Made by a program: the position numbers and the translations under genes. From Macrostomum lignano (lineage: Eukaryota), in the NCBI GenBank assembly GCA_002269645.1, contig NIVC01001332.1, positions 186,001-250,000 of the forward strand: DNA of 64,000 nucleotides. The letters run 5' to 3'. The notes below the pieces were generated by a model. The model ran no database searches, was not told the origin of the DNA, and saw only the letters and a list, made by a program, of their open reading frames with translations. How positions within the stretch are numbered: position 1 is the stretch's first letter; every line of letters starts with the position of its first letter. Below, piece by piece: positions 48,615 to 60,659 of the stretch.

Positions 48615-49285
48615 GTGGAGAAGATTAGAGATGGGGATTCTGGTAAGAGGGAGAATGGAGATAAGAGATGGGGATTCTGGGAAGAAGGGAGAATGGGGAT
48701 TAGAGATGGGGATTCTGGGAAGAAGGGAGAATGGGGATTAGAGATGGGGATTCTGGGAGGAAGGGAGAATGGGGATTAGAGATGGGGATTCTGGGAGGAA
48801 GGGAGAATGGGGATTAGAGATGGGGATTCTGGGAGGAAGGGAGAATGGGGATTAGAGATGGGGATTCTGGGAAGAAGGGAGAATGGGGATAAGAGATGGG
48901 GATTCTGGGAGGAAGGGAGAATGGGGATAAAAGATGGGGATTTTGGGAAGGAAGAATGGGGAGATCAGATATGGGGATTCTGGGAGGAAGGGAGAATGGG
49001 GATAAAAGATAAGGATTCTAAGAAGAAGGGAGAAATGGGGATAAGAGATGGGGATTCTGGGAAGAAGGGAGAATGGGGAGATTAGAGATGGGGATTTTGG
49101 GAAGAAGGGAGAATAGGGAGATTAGATATGGGGATTCTGGGAGGAAGGGAGAATGGGGAGATTAGATACGGGGATTCTGGGAGGGAGAATGGGGAGATTA
49201 GATACGGGGATTCTGGGAGGAAGGGGGAATGGGGAGATTAGATACGGGGATTCTGGGAGGAAGGGAGAATGGGGATTAGAGATGG
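48615..49285. repeat. 38-bp purine/G-rich minisatellite (GGGGATTCTGGGAGGAAGGGAGAATGGGGATTAGAGAT)
   Basis: Direct reading. Confidence 0.93.
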
Positions 49286-50007
49286 TTGATTGTAGGCACA
49301 GATGCTTCGGTAGAAGTGAAGTCAAAGAAGCATGTACAGAAAAATCAAGGCTAGGCATTCATGCCTCCAGAAGCAAAAGAAAAAAACCAATAAAGCACGC
49401 TAACGATTCTCATTAAAAATCGTTTGCAGTTGAAAAAAGTGCATAATGCACTTTAACATATACGCGAATGTTCCCTGTTTGATCTTCAGTTCTTGCCTAG
49501 CAACTAACTAGGAGATTTAGCTATTAAAGCAAATCAGCGACAATGTGCATACTATTATATATAAGCAATAAAATTGCAATAGAGTTAAAAAGCAAAAAGA
49601 TGGAAAAAGAAGACTTAATGAATAAAAACAGGAACTAAATATCAGGCCAAGATGCCGCCCTCATCACAGGCTAATCATACAATAAGTTAACCAACTAATG
49701 CCCATGAACACCCACACACAAATATTTATCGATATATTAATTAGGACAGGTAATTAACAATAAAACTACGTAAATAACAGATTTCTAGGATTTAAAAGCT
49801 ACAGGAATTCCATGCCTGAAAATAAGTCTGCAGCTTATAATGGATTAAAACAAGTCTGAAATATTATAAGCTACAGACTTAAACAGGATTTATACTTTAC
49901 AGATATTCTGCTTGTAGCACTCGAAACTTTAACACTAAAAAAATCGCCATAGGTGTTGATTAAAACAACACAGGCCGGATCGGCTTTGCACCCTCAGGTC
50001 AGGAGAG

Positions 50008-50103
50008 TTATTTTGCTTTCTTCTTGGTAGCGACATCTTCTTCTAGGAGAGTTCTCAGATCGGCCAGAGCCTTCACGATGGTTCCGCCGAAACGCTTTGA
50101 GTC
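50008..50103 (-). CDS. CPT1: CPT1 exon 9 (C-terminus DSKRFGGTIVKALADLRTLL...*)
   Basis: GCAG acceptor; matches the CPT1 C-terminal helix pattern (TDSxRF...AL.D...L); TAA stop. Confidence 0.85.
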   Translation of the reverse strand, partial: DSKRFGGTIVKALADLRTLLEEDVATKKKAK

Positions 50104-50109
50104 CTGCGA

Positions 50110-50640
50110 GATAGATTAGCAATCCATTTTATTCTAACTCAACTATATATGATTGGCTAGATTAGCAATCCATTCTATTCCAATTCAACTATATATGATT
50201 GGCTAGATTAGCAATCCATTTATTCCAATTCAACTATATATGATTGGCTAGATTAGCAATCCATTCTATTCCAATTCAACTATATATGATTGGCTAGATT
50301 AGCAATCCATTCTATTCCAATTCATCTATATATGATTGGCTAGATTAGCAATCCATTCTATTCCAATTCAACTATATATGATTGGCTAGATTAGCAATCC
50401 ATTCTATTCCAATTCATGTATATATGATTGGCTAGATTAGCAATCCATTCTATTCCAATTCAACTATATATGATTGGCTAGATTAGCAATCCATTCTATT
50501 CCAATTCAACTATATATGATTGGCTAGATTAGCAATCCATTCTATTCCAAGTTATCTATATATTACAGGCTAGATTAGCAATCCATTTATTCCAATTTAT
50601 CTATATATGATTGGCTAGACTAGCAATCCATTCCATTCGA
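50110..50640. repeat. 46-bp minisatellite in CPT1 intron 8 (GATTGGCTAGATTAGCAATCCATTCTATTCCAATTCAACTATATAT)
   Basis: Direct reading, about 11 copies. Confidence 0.95.
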
Positions 50641-50667
50641 TATTTAAGCAGCAAAAGCTACACGAAC

Positions 50668-51027
50668 CGTCTTGTCGCAGCTGACGCGACTGCTGACGTG
50701 AAAGAAGACGGTGTTCTCCCCAGCAATGATGTAGGACACACCATAGCCGTCCTGAGACACGGGCCCGAAGCCGCCGCCAGCGCTCAAAAAGTCGGGATGC
50801 TTCTCCAAGTCCAGCACGTTAGTCTGTCCGTGCGGAGTCTGCGAGGTGGACAGCTTCCACTGGCAGTGCAGCGCCTTCTCCAGGAAAGGCGACTGGATCT
50901 TGCAGTACTTGGACACCACGTACAGGGTAAACAGGTGCCGGTCCACGCCTTTGCCAGTCATGGCGTCCCGGTACATTGTCTGGTGCTTCTCCGAGGCTTG
51001 CCGGAGCAGGCGGACAACTTCCTCATT
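50668..51027 (-). CDS. CPT1: CPT1 exon 8
   Basis: Encodes [25 protein letters not shown] and [16 protein letters not shown]; canonical splice sites, phase 0/0. Confidence 0.93.
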
Positions 51028-51768
51028 CTGGAAAAAAACAGCGATTGGGTTAGGCGGGGTCACGTGACCTCTGCTGGGCCGGATTGGTTGAACGATACGA
51101 ACCCCTATTGGATAAATAAGACGCGGTCACGTGACCTCTGCTGGGCCGGACTGTTATGGCCCACCCTATCAATTCATTTATAAATTTTAGGGGGAGCTCT
51201 ATTAAGCTTGCACGATCAAAAGTACCTTGTCTTGATCGAGGAGAAAAAATGCACACTTTTTATATTGCTGCCTTTTTATTCGATACCCCTTTTCGTATTT
51301 CAGAGCCAGTGAATAATGTGTCAGTAGTGTAATTAGATTTTTGCACTAATTAAATTTAGAAAACATTTTCCTTTACTTACTTCTGTAAGTAGTGTAATTA
51401 GATTGTCTCCCTAATTAAATTTAGACAACATTTTGCTTTACTTTCTTCTGTAAGTAGTGTAATTCGTTTTTTCTCACTAATTTAAATAATTTGAATTCAA
51501 GGTTACATTTTACTTTACTTTTTACTGTCAGTAATGTAATTCGATTACTAACTAATTAAGTTTAGGCTACATTTTACTTTACTTTCTTCTGTCAGCAGTG
51601 TAATTAGATATTCTTACTAATTGACTTTAGGCTGCATTTTAATTCCCTCTCTACAGTCAGTAGTGTAATTAGATTCACACTAATTAAGTTTAGGCTACAT
51701 TTTACTGTACTTTCTACTGTCAGTAGCCTATCGAGAACCAGTTGCACAGCGCCGCAGGTGAAACTCAC

Positions 51769-52153
51769 GCTAGCGCCGCTTTCCATAGCGCGAACAAACG
51801 CGCACGACTCGTTGGTGCAGGACCGGACGGTCTCCGTGCGGCCCTCCTTGAACAGCCGGGTCATGGAGGCCTCGTAGGTCAGGCAGAACTCGCCGCCGCT
51901 GTCCCTGAAGTACGCCAGCTGCAGGGCCAGCTGGATGAACGCGTCGGGGCTCATCGAGCAGCGCTTCATGGCGCCTTTGCCGAACTGCCGGTGGACGACC
52001 AGGTGAAGGTCGACGTCGTTCAGCAGGTCGGTGGCAACCCGAAGCTGGCTGGCAATGACGGAGCGACAGGCGTCGTTGAGGTCCCACTGCAGGCGGATGG
52101 GGTTGGGCACGTTGTTGCGCGTCTGACCGCGGCAGTGACCGTTGGACCGGTAG
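51769..52153 (-). CDS. CPT1: CPT1 exon 7
   Basis: Encodes [28 protein letters not shown] and [23 protein letters not shown]; CACAG acceptor and GTGAGT donor. Confidence 0.94.
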
Positions 52154-52424
52154 CTGTGGGAGCGCAGCAATTCAATGATGATGCTGATTGATAAGATTCA
52201 AAGTACGAGGGCTACTTTTAGATAAGTTTCGAATGTTGAAAAAGTTTTGCAAATCATTTTCGGTAAGCTGACAAAATATCGAGCTTGTGAAAGCGACCGC
52301 AGTTCAATGGTTATTCATAGGATTTTTATGTGGGGGGACAAAGCCAAGAACTCAGCATATACTCGTACATGTACATGACTAAACTCCTACATGTCTAGTA
52401 TTTTAAGAATCGGTGTTGTCAGCG

Positions 52425-54010
52425 CTCATTTTGGCGCCGCAGGCACTCATTTTGGCGCCTCAGGGATTCCTTTTGGCGCCGCAGGCACTCATTTTGGCGC
52501 CTCAGGGATTCCTTTTGGCGCCGCAGGCACTCATTTTGGCGCCTCAGGGATTCCTTTTAGCACCGCAGGCACTTATTTTAGCGCCGCAGGCACTCATTTT
52601 AGCACCGCAGGCACTCATTTTAGCACCGCAGGCACTCATTTTAGCACCACAGGCACTTATTTTAGCACCGCAGGCACTCATTTTAGCACCGCAGGCACTC
52701 ATTTTAGCACCACAGGCACTTATTTTAGCACCGCAGGCACTCATTTTAGCACCGCAGGCACTCATTTTAGCACCGCAGGCACTCATTTTAGCACCACAGG
52801 CACTTATTTTAGCACCACAGGCACTTATTTTAGCACCGCAGGCACTCATTTTAGCACCGCAGGCACTCATTTTAGCACCGCAGGCACTCATTTTAGAACC
52901 ACAGGCACTCATTTTAGCACCGCAGGCACTCATTTTAGCACCGCAGGCACTCATTTTAGCACCGCAGGCACTCATTTTAGCACCGCAGGCACTCATTTTA
53001 GCACCACAGGCACTTATTTTAGCACCGCAGGCACTCATTTTAGCACCGCAGGCACTCATTTTAGCACCGCAGGCACTCATTTTAGCACCACAGGCACTTA
53101 TTTTAGCACCACAGGCACTTATTTTAGCACCGCAGGCACTCATTTTAGCACCGCAGGCACTCATTTTAGCACCGCAGGCACTCATTTTAGCACCACAGGC
53201 ACTCATTTTAGCACCGCAGGCACTCATTTTAGCACCGCAGGCACTCATTTTAGCACCGCAGGCACTCATTTTAGCACCGCAGGCACTCATTTTAGCACCA
53301 CAGGCACTTATTTTAGCACCGCAGGCACTCATTTTAGCACCGCAGGCACTCATTTTAGCACCGCAGGCACTCATTTTAGCACCACAGGCACTTATTTTAG
53401 CACCGCAGGCACTCATTTTAGCACCGCAGGCACTCATTTTAGCACCGCAGGCACTCATTTTAGCACCACAGGCACTCATTTTAGCACCGCAGGCACTCAT
53501 TTTAGCACCGCAGGCACTCATTTTAGCACCGCAGGCACTCATTTTAGCGCCGCAGGCACTCATTTTAGCACCACAGGCACTTATTTTAGCACCGCAGGCA
53601 CTCATTTTAGCACCGCAGGCACTCATTTTAGCACCGCAGGCACTCATTTTAGCACCGCAGGCACTCATTTTAGCACCACAGGCACTTATTTTAGCACCGC
53701 AGGCACTCATTTTAGCACCGCAGGCACTCATTTTAGCACCGCAGGCACTCATTTTAGCACCACAGGCACTTATTTTAGCACCGCAGGCACTCATTTTAGC
53801 ACCGCAGGCACTCATTTTAGCACCGCAGGCACTCATTTTAGCACCGCAGGCACTTATTTTAGCACCGCAGGCACTCATTTTAGCACCGCAGGCACTCATT
53901 TTAGCACCGCAGGCACTCATTTTAGCACCGCAGGCACTCATTTTAGCACCACAGGCACTTATTTTAGCACCGCAGGCACTCATTTTAGCACCGCAGGCAC
54001 TCATTTTGGC
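52425..54010. repeat. 21-bp minisatellite (GCACTCATTTTAGCACCGCAG), about 75 copies, in CPT1 intron 6
   Basis: Direct reading; source of the 546, 534 and 486-aa artefact ORFs. Confidence 0.98.
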
Positions 54011-54169
54011 GCTCTGAAGAAAAATTATTGATTACCACCACAACGGGTCACAAGGTGGGGGGGAAACACTGGTATGTACCCCATATCATGTCCTCCGTAG
54101 CCTGATTCATATAATTAGCTAGATTAGCAATCTATTCAATTCCATCCATATGATTGGCTTTTATATTTA

Positions 54170-54500
54170 TTAGAGTCAGGAGTCTGTGTGCACCCTGGCG
54201 CACTTTAAGCGACACTGTCACACAACCGGCGAGAGGCATTACTGCCCATTCCGCCGACTCCCCTGAGCAGGTACACAAGCGCGCGGATACGTGCGCAGTC
54301 AGACGCACAGGCACACACTCACACAGGAGTGTACAGCGGCCCTGACTTTATTTATCGTTAGGCATGTACACTTCACTGTGCCTTGGGGCTTGGCCCTCAA
54401 GACTGTTAATGCACGATCAGAGCCAAGCCTCAAATTAATGTGACTGCACTTGGAATCGAGCCTGGGCCGCTGGCACATCAGAGCGCCGCGCCAGACCACC
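54170..54500 (-). mobile_element. SINE-like family A copy (most complete 5' end)
   Basis: Reverse complement of 10300-10635; its head reads GGTGGTCTGGCGCGGCG...GGCTCGATTCC. Confidence 0.7.
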
Positions 54501-54678
54501 ATCGACAATCTTGGCTGCCTTGAAACGCAGACTGCTCGCTGAGAATGTCTATGGCCAAGAGACCATTGATACTGCAATCGCGGCCATAGACAACAAAGTC
54601 AAATCTGTCACTTGTGATTTGTCAAATTGTCAGCTAATAAAAAAACAGAACTCCGGAAAAAAATTAAAAAATCCTTAC

Positions 54679-54747
54679 CAATCTTCGACAATATCGTAGT
54701 TGAACACAACGGCTTCCCACATCTGCGACATCACGGGAGCGTCGGCC
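54679..54747 (-). CDS. CPT1: CPT1 exon 6 (69 nt; (W)ADAPVMSQMWEAVVFNYDIVED)
   Basis: TTCAG acceptor and GTAAGG donor, phase 2/2; completes the EHSWADAP motif. Confidence 0.85.
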
Positions 54748-54841
54748 CTGAACAGTGAAGGGTAAACCACGTGACACTATACTAGTGATATAAAATGATG
54801 AAATTAATTTAAATTATTGGACTAAATAACAGCCAACTTAC

Positions 54842-54867
54842 CAGCTGTGCTCGCAGTTGACGCCAAC
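54842..54867 (-). CDS. CPT1: CPT1 exon 5, a 26-nt microexon (VGVNCEHS-W) with the catalytic His
   Basis: TCTTTCCAG acceptor and GTAAGT donor; bridges FANGR (exon 4) to WADAP (exon 6) in frame. Confidence 0.88.
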
Positions 54868-55003
54868 CTGGAAAGATAATAAGAAAACAAATCTTTTATT
54901 TTATCAGTTTTTAATCAATTTTAAAAACACGACACTTCTAAGAAAAGCAATTATTTGAAAAGAAACAATTATAATACGAGCTCGTAGAAAATTAGGACCG
55001 CAG

Positions 55004-57050
55004 CGCATGCTTTGGCGATTGTCTATGGCCAAAACCGTGTATAGGGAGAGCATTGAATTTAAGACACGGCTAACCATATTCAGCGCATGCTTTGGCGATT
55101 GTCTATGGCCAAAACCGTGTATAGGGAGAGCATTGAATTTAAGACACGGCTAACCATATTCAGCGCATGCTTTGGCGATTGTCTATGGCCAAAACCGTGT
55201 ATAGGGAGAGCATTGAATTTAAGACACGGCCAACCATATTCAGCCCATGCTTTGGCGATTGTCTATGGCCAAAATCGTGTATGGGGAGAGCATTGAATTT
55301 AAGACACGGCCAACCATATTCAGCGCATGCTTTGGCGATTGTCTATGGCCAAAACCGTGTATAGGGAGAGCATTGAATTTAAGACACGGCTAACCATATT
55401 CAGCGCATGCTTTGGCGATTGTCTATGGCCAAAACCGTGTATAGGGAGAGCATTGAATTTAAGACACGGCCAACCATATTCAGCCCATGCTTTGGCGATT
55501 GTCTATGGCCAAAACCGTGTATGGGGAGAGCATTGAATTTAAGACACGGCCAACCATATTCAGCCCATGCTTTGGCGATTGTCTATGGCCAAAACCGTGT
55601 ATGGGGAGAGCATTGAATTTAAGACACGGCCAACCATATTCAGCCCATGCTTTGGCGATTGTCTATGGCCAAAACCGTGTATGGGGAGAGCATTGAATTT
55701 AAGACACGGCCAACCATATTCAGCCCATGCTTTGGCGATTGTCTATGGCCAAAACCGTGTATGGGGAGAGCATTGAATTAGGACACGGCCAACCATATTC
55801 AGCCCATGCTTTGGCGATTGTCTATGGCAAAAATCGTGTATGGGGAGAGCATTGAATTTAAGACACGGCCAACCATATTCAGCCCATGCTTTGGCGATTG
55901 TCTATGGCCAACACCGTGTATGGGGAGAGCATTGAATTTAGGACACGGCCAACCATATTCAGCCCATGCTTTGGCGATTGTCTATGGCCAAAACCGTGTA
56001 TGGGGAGAGCATTGAATTAGGACACGGCCAACCATATTCAGCCCATGCTTTGGCGATTGTCTATGGCCAAAATCGTGTATGGGGAGAGCATTGAATTAGG
56101 ACACGGCCAACCATATTCAGCCCATGCTTTGGCGATTGTCTATGGCCAAAACCGTGTATGGGGAGAGCATTGAATTTAGGACACGGCCAACCATATTCAG
56201 CCCATGCTTTGGCGATTGTCTATGGCCAAAACCGTGTATGGGGAGAGCATTGAATTAGGACACGGCCAACCATATTCAGCCCATGCTTTGGCGATTGTCT
56301 ATGGCCAAAATCGTGTATGGGGAGAGCATTGAATTTAAGACACGGCTAACCATATTCAGCCCATGCTTTGGCGATTGTCTATGGCCAACACCGTGTATGG
56401 GGAGAGCATTGAATTTAGGACACGGCCAACCATATTCAGCCCATGCTTTGGCGATTGTCTATGGCCAAAACCGTGTATGGGGAGAGCATTGAATTTAGGA
56501 CACGGCCAACCATATTCAGCCCATGCTTTGGCGATTGTCTATGGCCAACACCGTGTATGGGGAGAGCATTGAATTTAGGACACGGCCAACCATATTCAGC
56601 CCATGCTTTGGCGATTGTCTATGGCCAAAACCGTGTATGGGGAGAGCATTGAATTTAGGACACGGCCAACCATATTCAGCCCATGCTTTGGCGATTGTCT
56701 ATGGCCAAAACCGTGTATGGGGAGAGCATTGAATTTAGGACACGGCCAACCATATTCAGCCCATGCTTTGGCGATTGTCTATGGCCAAAACCGTGTATGG
56801 GGAGAGCATTGAATTTAAGACACGGCCAACCATATTCAGCCCATGCTTTGGCGATTGTCTATGGCCAAAACCGTGTATGGGGAGAGCATTGAATTTAAGA
56901 CACGGCCAACCATATTCAGCCCATGCTTTGGCGATTGTCTATGGCCAAAATCGTGTATGGGGAGAGCATTGAATTTAAGACACGGCCAACCATATTCAGC
57001 CCATGCTTTGGCGATTGTCTATGGCCAAAACCGTGTATGGGGGAGCATTG
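55004..57050. repeat. 80-bp satellite, about 25 copies, each with TTGTCTATGGCCAAAACC, in CPT1 intron 4
   Basis: Direct reading; repeated 69-aa ORFs at 80-nt spacing. Confidence 0.97.
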
Positions 57051-57344
57051 AAGCTAAGCATTGAATTTTGTCTTAGAAAGAATTTTTGAATTCCTAAATA
57101 AAAAGTGAAAAATTCTATATAAGTATATATTTCAATAATTCAATACAGATTGGGATTAATGGGTGGTTTTTGTTTTAATTCTCTTAAGGGAGAAGTTTTT
57201 TATTTTATTCATTTATTTAGCTTGAGCAGTATATATTGTATCAAAGCTTTGTTAGTTTATTACTGCAAATTCTCCATAGCACTAGCTAGATGGCTTACAT
57301 TTTTAATGCAAGAGAAGACAATAACAGGTTGGATGTTTGGCAAG

Positions 57345-58095
57345 GATAGGTAAGAGACATGTCATTTGTGGGTCAAGGATAGGTCATTAACAGCTGGTCA
57401 GATGTGGGTCAAGGATAGGTCAGTTAAAGCTGGTCAGATGTGGGTCAAGAATAGGTCAGTAAAAGCTGGTCAGATGTGGGTCAAGGATAGGTCAGTAACA
57501 GGTCAGATGTGGGTCAAGGATAGGTCAGTAACAGCTGGTCATTTGTGGGTCAAGGATAGGTCATTAACAGCTGGTCAGATGTGGGTCAAGGATAGGTCAG
57601 TTAAAGCTGGTCAGATGTGGGTCAAGAATAGGTCAGTAAAAGCTGGTCAGATGTGGGTCAAGGATAGGTCAGTAACAGGTCAGATGTGGGTCAAGGATAG
57701 GTCAGTAACAGCTGGTCAGATGTGGGTCAAGGATAGGTCAGTAACAGCTGGTCAGATGTGGGTCAAGGATAGGTCAGTAAAAGCTGGTCAGATGTGGGTC
57801 AAGGATAGGTCAGTAAAAGCTGGTCAGATGTGGGTCAAGGATAGGTCAGTAACAGGTCAGATGTGGGTCAAGGATAGGTCAGTAACAGCTGGTCAGATGT
57901 GGGTCAAGGATAGGTCAGTAACAGGTCAGATGTGGGTCAAGGATAGGTCAGTAACAGCTGGTCAGATGTGGGTCAAGGATAGGTCAGTAACAGGTCAGAT
58001 GTGGGTCAAGGATAGGTCAGTAACAGCTGGTCAGATGTGGGTCAAGGATAGGTCAGTAACAGCTGGTCAGATGTGGGTCAAAGATAGGTCAGTAA
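57345..58095. repeat. 36/33-bp minisatellite (GATGTGGGTCAAGGATAGGTCAGTAACAGCTGGTCA) in CPT1 intron 4
   Basis: Direct reading. Confidence 0.95.
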
Positions 58096-58124
58096 TGAAC
58101 CCAACTTGGTAACTAAGCGCTTAC

Positions 58125-58564
58125 CCGTCCATTGGCGAACACGATCAACGAGAAGGACTTGTCGAACCAGCGGTTCCGCCCGTTGCCATGCAGCAAGCTC
58201 TTGGCGAAGTGGTCCAGCTTCGAGTCGTCCTTGGGATCGTAGTCGGCTTCTTCATCGTCCAGCACAAGGACGAACGCCGCCCGCTCCACAGCGTCCAGAC
58301 TGGTCTTGTTGACGCCTCGCCTAAAGAAGTCTTTGCGGGCTCGAGCCCAGACCTTCCGCTCGCCTGCCGTCAGGGCCGCCAGCTCCGCCTCGCCTGGCGC
58401 AGGCGGCGACTTGTCGTCAACGATGCGCTGGAACTGCGCCTCCAGCTCGCACGGCTCCAGCCAGCGGTTGCCGTAGTGGAAGTACACCTTGTAGAATCGG
58501 CCAGAGTGGAACACGGCAATGTGCCGCGTGTCGTTCAGGTGCATCAGGTAGTCGCGCTCCTCGC
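58125..58564 (-). CDS. CPT1: CPT1 exon 4
   Basis: Encodes HIAVFHSGRFYKV, LAALTAGER..WA and LLHGNGRNRWFDKSF; AAAG acceptor and GTAAGC donor. Confidence 0.94.
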
Positions 58565-58929
58565 CTTTGGGTCGGTGAGAAATTAGCGTGGGTTAGTGGA
58601 GGGTTACTGGCGACAAGATCAAAGAGCCGGTAAGTTCAAATTAAGCGGTAAGATCAAATGAGGCCGCATGATCAAAGGAGGCGGTAAGATAAAAGAGAAC
58701 GGTAATAAGGAGGTGGTAAGATCAAAGACGGCGGTAAGATAAAATGAAGCAGCATCTGTCACGCCATTGCTGTTGCTTACCCACCAACCCCCTTTCGAGA
58801 GGCTGTATATACTATCTTAAATCTGCTTAATAAATTTTATTAATTCGGGCAGAGGCTATGAAATTCTTCTCCAAACTTGTCCGTGATTAAAACGAAAAAT
58901 AATACACCCTCTGGCTTTATGCTGAAGAA

Positions 58930-59120
58930 AACTTTAATCCTGCATACGGATTTCGTCCATAGCGACCTTTTTAACGTTCACATCAGCCCGGGCGTCTCTC
59001 TCAGTCCTTAACAGGATTAGAATTACCTGGACAATCGGTCACAGCAATATCCTGGGCAATGAGCTCGCAAATTCTCTCGCCAAGCTGACAGCAGCAACCC
59101 ATACGGCAACTACCGTCTGA
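58930..59120 (+). pseudogene. Decayed RNase H fragment of a non-LTR retrotransposon in CPT1 intron 3
   Basis: IRITWTIGHSNILGNELANSLAKLTA matches the RNase H motif W..GH..I.GNE.AD.LAK; an upstream ILHTD lies in a shifted frame. Confidence 0.7.
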
Positions 59121-59174
59121 TGAGGCTACCCATTCCTAGGTCCCAAGTCACCCGCCAAAGAAACAAGTGGCTTC

Positions 59175-59460
59175 GGTAAGATTAAAGGAGGCGGTAAGAT
59201 CAAAGGAGGCGGTAAGAGCAATGGAAGCGGTAAGATCAAAGGAGGCGGTAATATTAAAGGAGGCGGTAATATCAAAGGAGGCGGTGAAGATCAAAGGAGG
59301 CGGTGAAGATCAAAGGAAGCGGTAAGATCAAAGGAGGCGGTGAAGATCAAAGGAAGCGGTAAAATTAAAGGAAGCGGTGAAGATCAAAGGAAGCGGTAAG
59401 ATCAAAGGAAGCGGAAAGATCAAAGGAGGCGGTAAGATTAAATGAAGCGGCAAGATTAGA
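59175..59460. repeat. 18-19-bp minisatellite (AAGATCAAAGGAGGCGGT); related degenerate block at ~58610-58750
   Basis: Direct reading; the array flanks the RNase H fragment on both sides. Confidence 0.88.
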
Positions 59461-59488
59461 AGAGGCAACTCAAAGCAAAATAACTCAC

Positions 59489-59636
59489 CAGGAATCCTAG
59501 TGGTGGCGAACTGTCTCTCGTACTGCCAGCTGCACAGAGGCACGAGGTTCTGCACCATGAGTGGCTGCATTGTCTGCCTGCTGATGTTGCGCCAGTAGCG
59601 CAAGAAGCCCCAGGCCATGTTTGCCGCGCGGGCCAC
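59489..59636 (-). CDS. CPT1: CPT1 exon 3
   Basis: Encodes VARAAN...VPLCSWQYERQFATTRIPG; canonical splice sites, phase 0/1. Confidence 0.92.
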
Positions 59637-59654
59637 CTGCGTTGGAGGGGGAAC

Positions 59655-59960
59655 TAGTTAACCTGCTCAACTGGGAATTCGCTAACCTACTCAACTGGGA
59701 ATTCGCTAACCTGTTCAACTGGGAATTCGCTAATCTACTCAAAACTGGGAATTCGCTAACCTGTTCAACTGGGAATTCGCTAATCTACTCAAAACTGGGA
59801 ATTCGCTAACCTGTTCAACTGGGAATTCGCTAATCTACTCAAAACTGGGAATTCGCTAACCTGTTCAACTGGGAATTCGCTAATCTACTCAAAACTGGGA
59901 ATTCGCTAACCTACTCAACTGGGAATTCGCTAACCTGCTCAACTTGGAATTCCCTTAACT
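59655..59960. repeat. 24/26-bp minisatellite (AACTGGGAATTCGCTAACCTACTC) in CPT1 intron 2
   Basis: Direct reading. Confidence 0.92.
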
Positions 59961-60017
59961 ACTCAATGAGCAATTTTTACTAAAAATCATCAACAATTAC
60001 AAACAACCTTGGCTCAC

Positions 60018-60317
60018 CTGAACATTAGACGGGTTAAGGAGCACGGCATCAACCCCATAGTAGTTGGAGTTCACCATGATGGGGTCGCGACTGTACAGGT
60101 AGACGAACTCCTCCCACCAGTCGCTAACGTAGTTATTAGTCCAGTAGTACTTCAGTTTCAAATAGAATTGCAATTTCCAAGACTCTTTGGCTAAGAAATC
60201 TCGGGCCAGAGCTCGAGTCTCGGCCATCTCAGATTCGCTAAGCAGCGGCTCCATGCTAAGCAGGTAGCGATCCACCGTCTTCTTCACTGGCGGAACTGGC
60301 AGCGTTGGTAGGCAGCC
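60018..60317 (-). CDS. CPT1: CPT1 exon 2
   Basis: Encodes LPTLPVPPVKKTVDRYL and NYVSDWWEEFVYLYSRDPIMVNSNYY; canonical splice sites, phase 0/0. Confidence 0.95.
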
Positions 60318-60659
60318 CTGGCAATAAAGTAAAGTAAAATGATAATTTCCATACATATCGGCTGAGCAAATGTACAAGCCTACTGTAAAATCTTTGATCT
60401 AAAAAACCAATATTTCGATACATATCGGCAATTTTCATACCTTTAAAGAAGACAAAATAGAAACAATTATTTCAATACTTATCGACTATTTTATTCATAC
60501 TTTTAGGACGAGAAAATATAAATAAATACACTTCCGATACATATAGACTATTTTTCATATATATTAGGGCAACAAATTCTCAAATAATATACCTATTAGG
60601 ACGACAAAATCTAAAGAACTATTTCAATACAGATCGGCACCAACCAGGAAGACAAAATG

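Noticed and set aside
52391-54031. 546, 534 and 486-aa ORFs, and similar long ORFs at 288-790, 3661-4356, 6365-7333, 7407-9384, 15537-16222, 40275-40735, 47196-47971, 55087-57064, 57366-58112 and 61624-62595
   Set aside because: Translations of stop-free tandem repeat units inside introns or intergenic DNA, open in several frames and on both strands; not genes.
55004-57050. Regularly spaced repeats as a CRISPR array
   Set aside because: Units are contiguous tandem copies with no unique spacers, there are no cas genes, and the context is eukaryotic.
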